DNA from: a virus
Direction: 5' to 3' (one strand)
Length of the DNA stretch: 64,000 nt
Virus record (IMG/VR): IMGVR_UViG_3300036766_000876
Coordinates: 1 to 64,000 of that record
The number at the start of each line of letters is the position of its first letter. Position 1 is the first letter of the stretch. This document shows, one piece after another, positions 63,932 through 64,000 of the stretch. Position numbers and translations under genes: made by a program. The notes under the pieces are model-generated. The model made no database searches. It was not told the DNA's origin and worked only from the letters and a program-made list of their open reading frames with translations.

Positions 63932-64000
63932 GAGGTCACTTCACTCCCACAAGAGCACCCCGGAGGTCGAGGCCCCCCTCCAAGCGGATGCCGAGCTTGA

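Noticed and set aside
78-64000. Many long + strand and alternate-frame ORFs in the track (e.g. 6288-7844, 42232-43848, 45637-47349, 62186-64000)
   Set aside because: Shadow ORFs of high-GC minus-strand genes; no recognisable motifs and complete overlap with well-supported CDSs.

Overview
GC-rich (roughly 70% by eye) tailed dsDNA phage genome segment, almost entirely coded on the minus strand. No integrase, tRNA, rRNA or CRISPR array was seen. A Myxococcota-like host is only an inference from GC content and DGG/DAG motifs in exported proteins. Reading right to left: tail fibre/spike genes and a lysis cassette (57.8-63.9 kb); a + strand resolvase pair; a sigma70-type early promoter with a long structured leader; early genes with repeated structured intergenic elements, a MoxR AAA+/vWA module and a phage sigma-like factor; a replication/recombination block (SF2 helicase, HNH-containing initiator-like protein, DnaB-like helicase, primase, UDG-fused PolA, SSB, RecA, SbcD/SbcC-like, dTMP kinase); a DNA base-hypermodification cluster (ParB, TET/JBP oxygenase, aGPT-Pplase2 amino-acid:DNA transferase, GNAT, FAD oxidoreductase, P-loop kinase, adenine MTase); terminase (TerL with an intein lacking the +1 nucleophile); HU, peptide deformylase, portal, MuF head protein and an ADP-ribosyltransferase. 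The most striking unexplained signal is about 22 otherwise dissimilar small proteins in two arrays (12.3-18.3 kb and 22.9-26.7 kb) that share a C-terminal helical tag [DEA]-[AS]-x-x-R-L-x(0,1)-G. Twelve copies of a GGGAAAA-N13-GGGCAAG promoter-like motif (one with N12) punctuate the genome.
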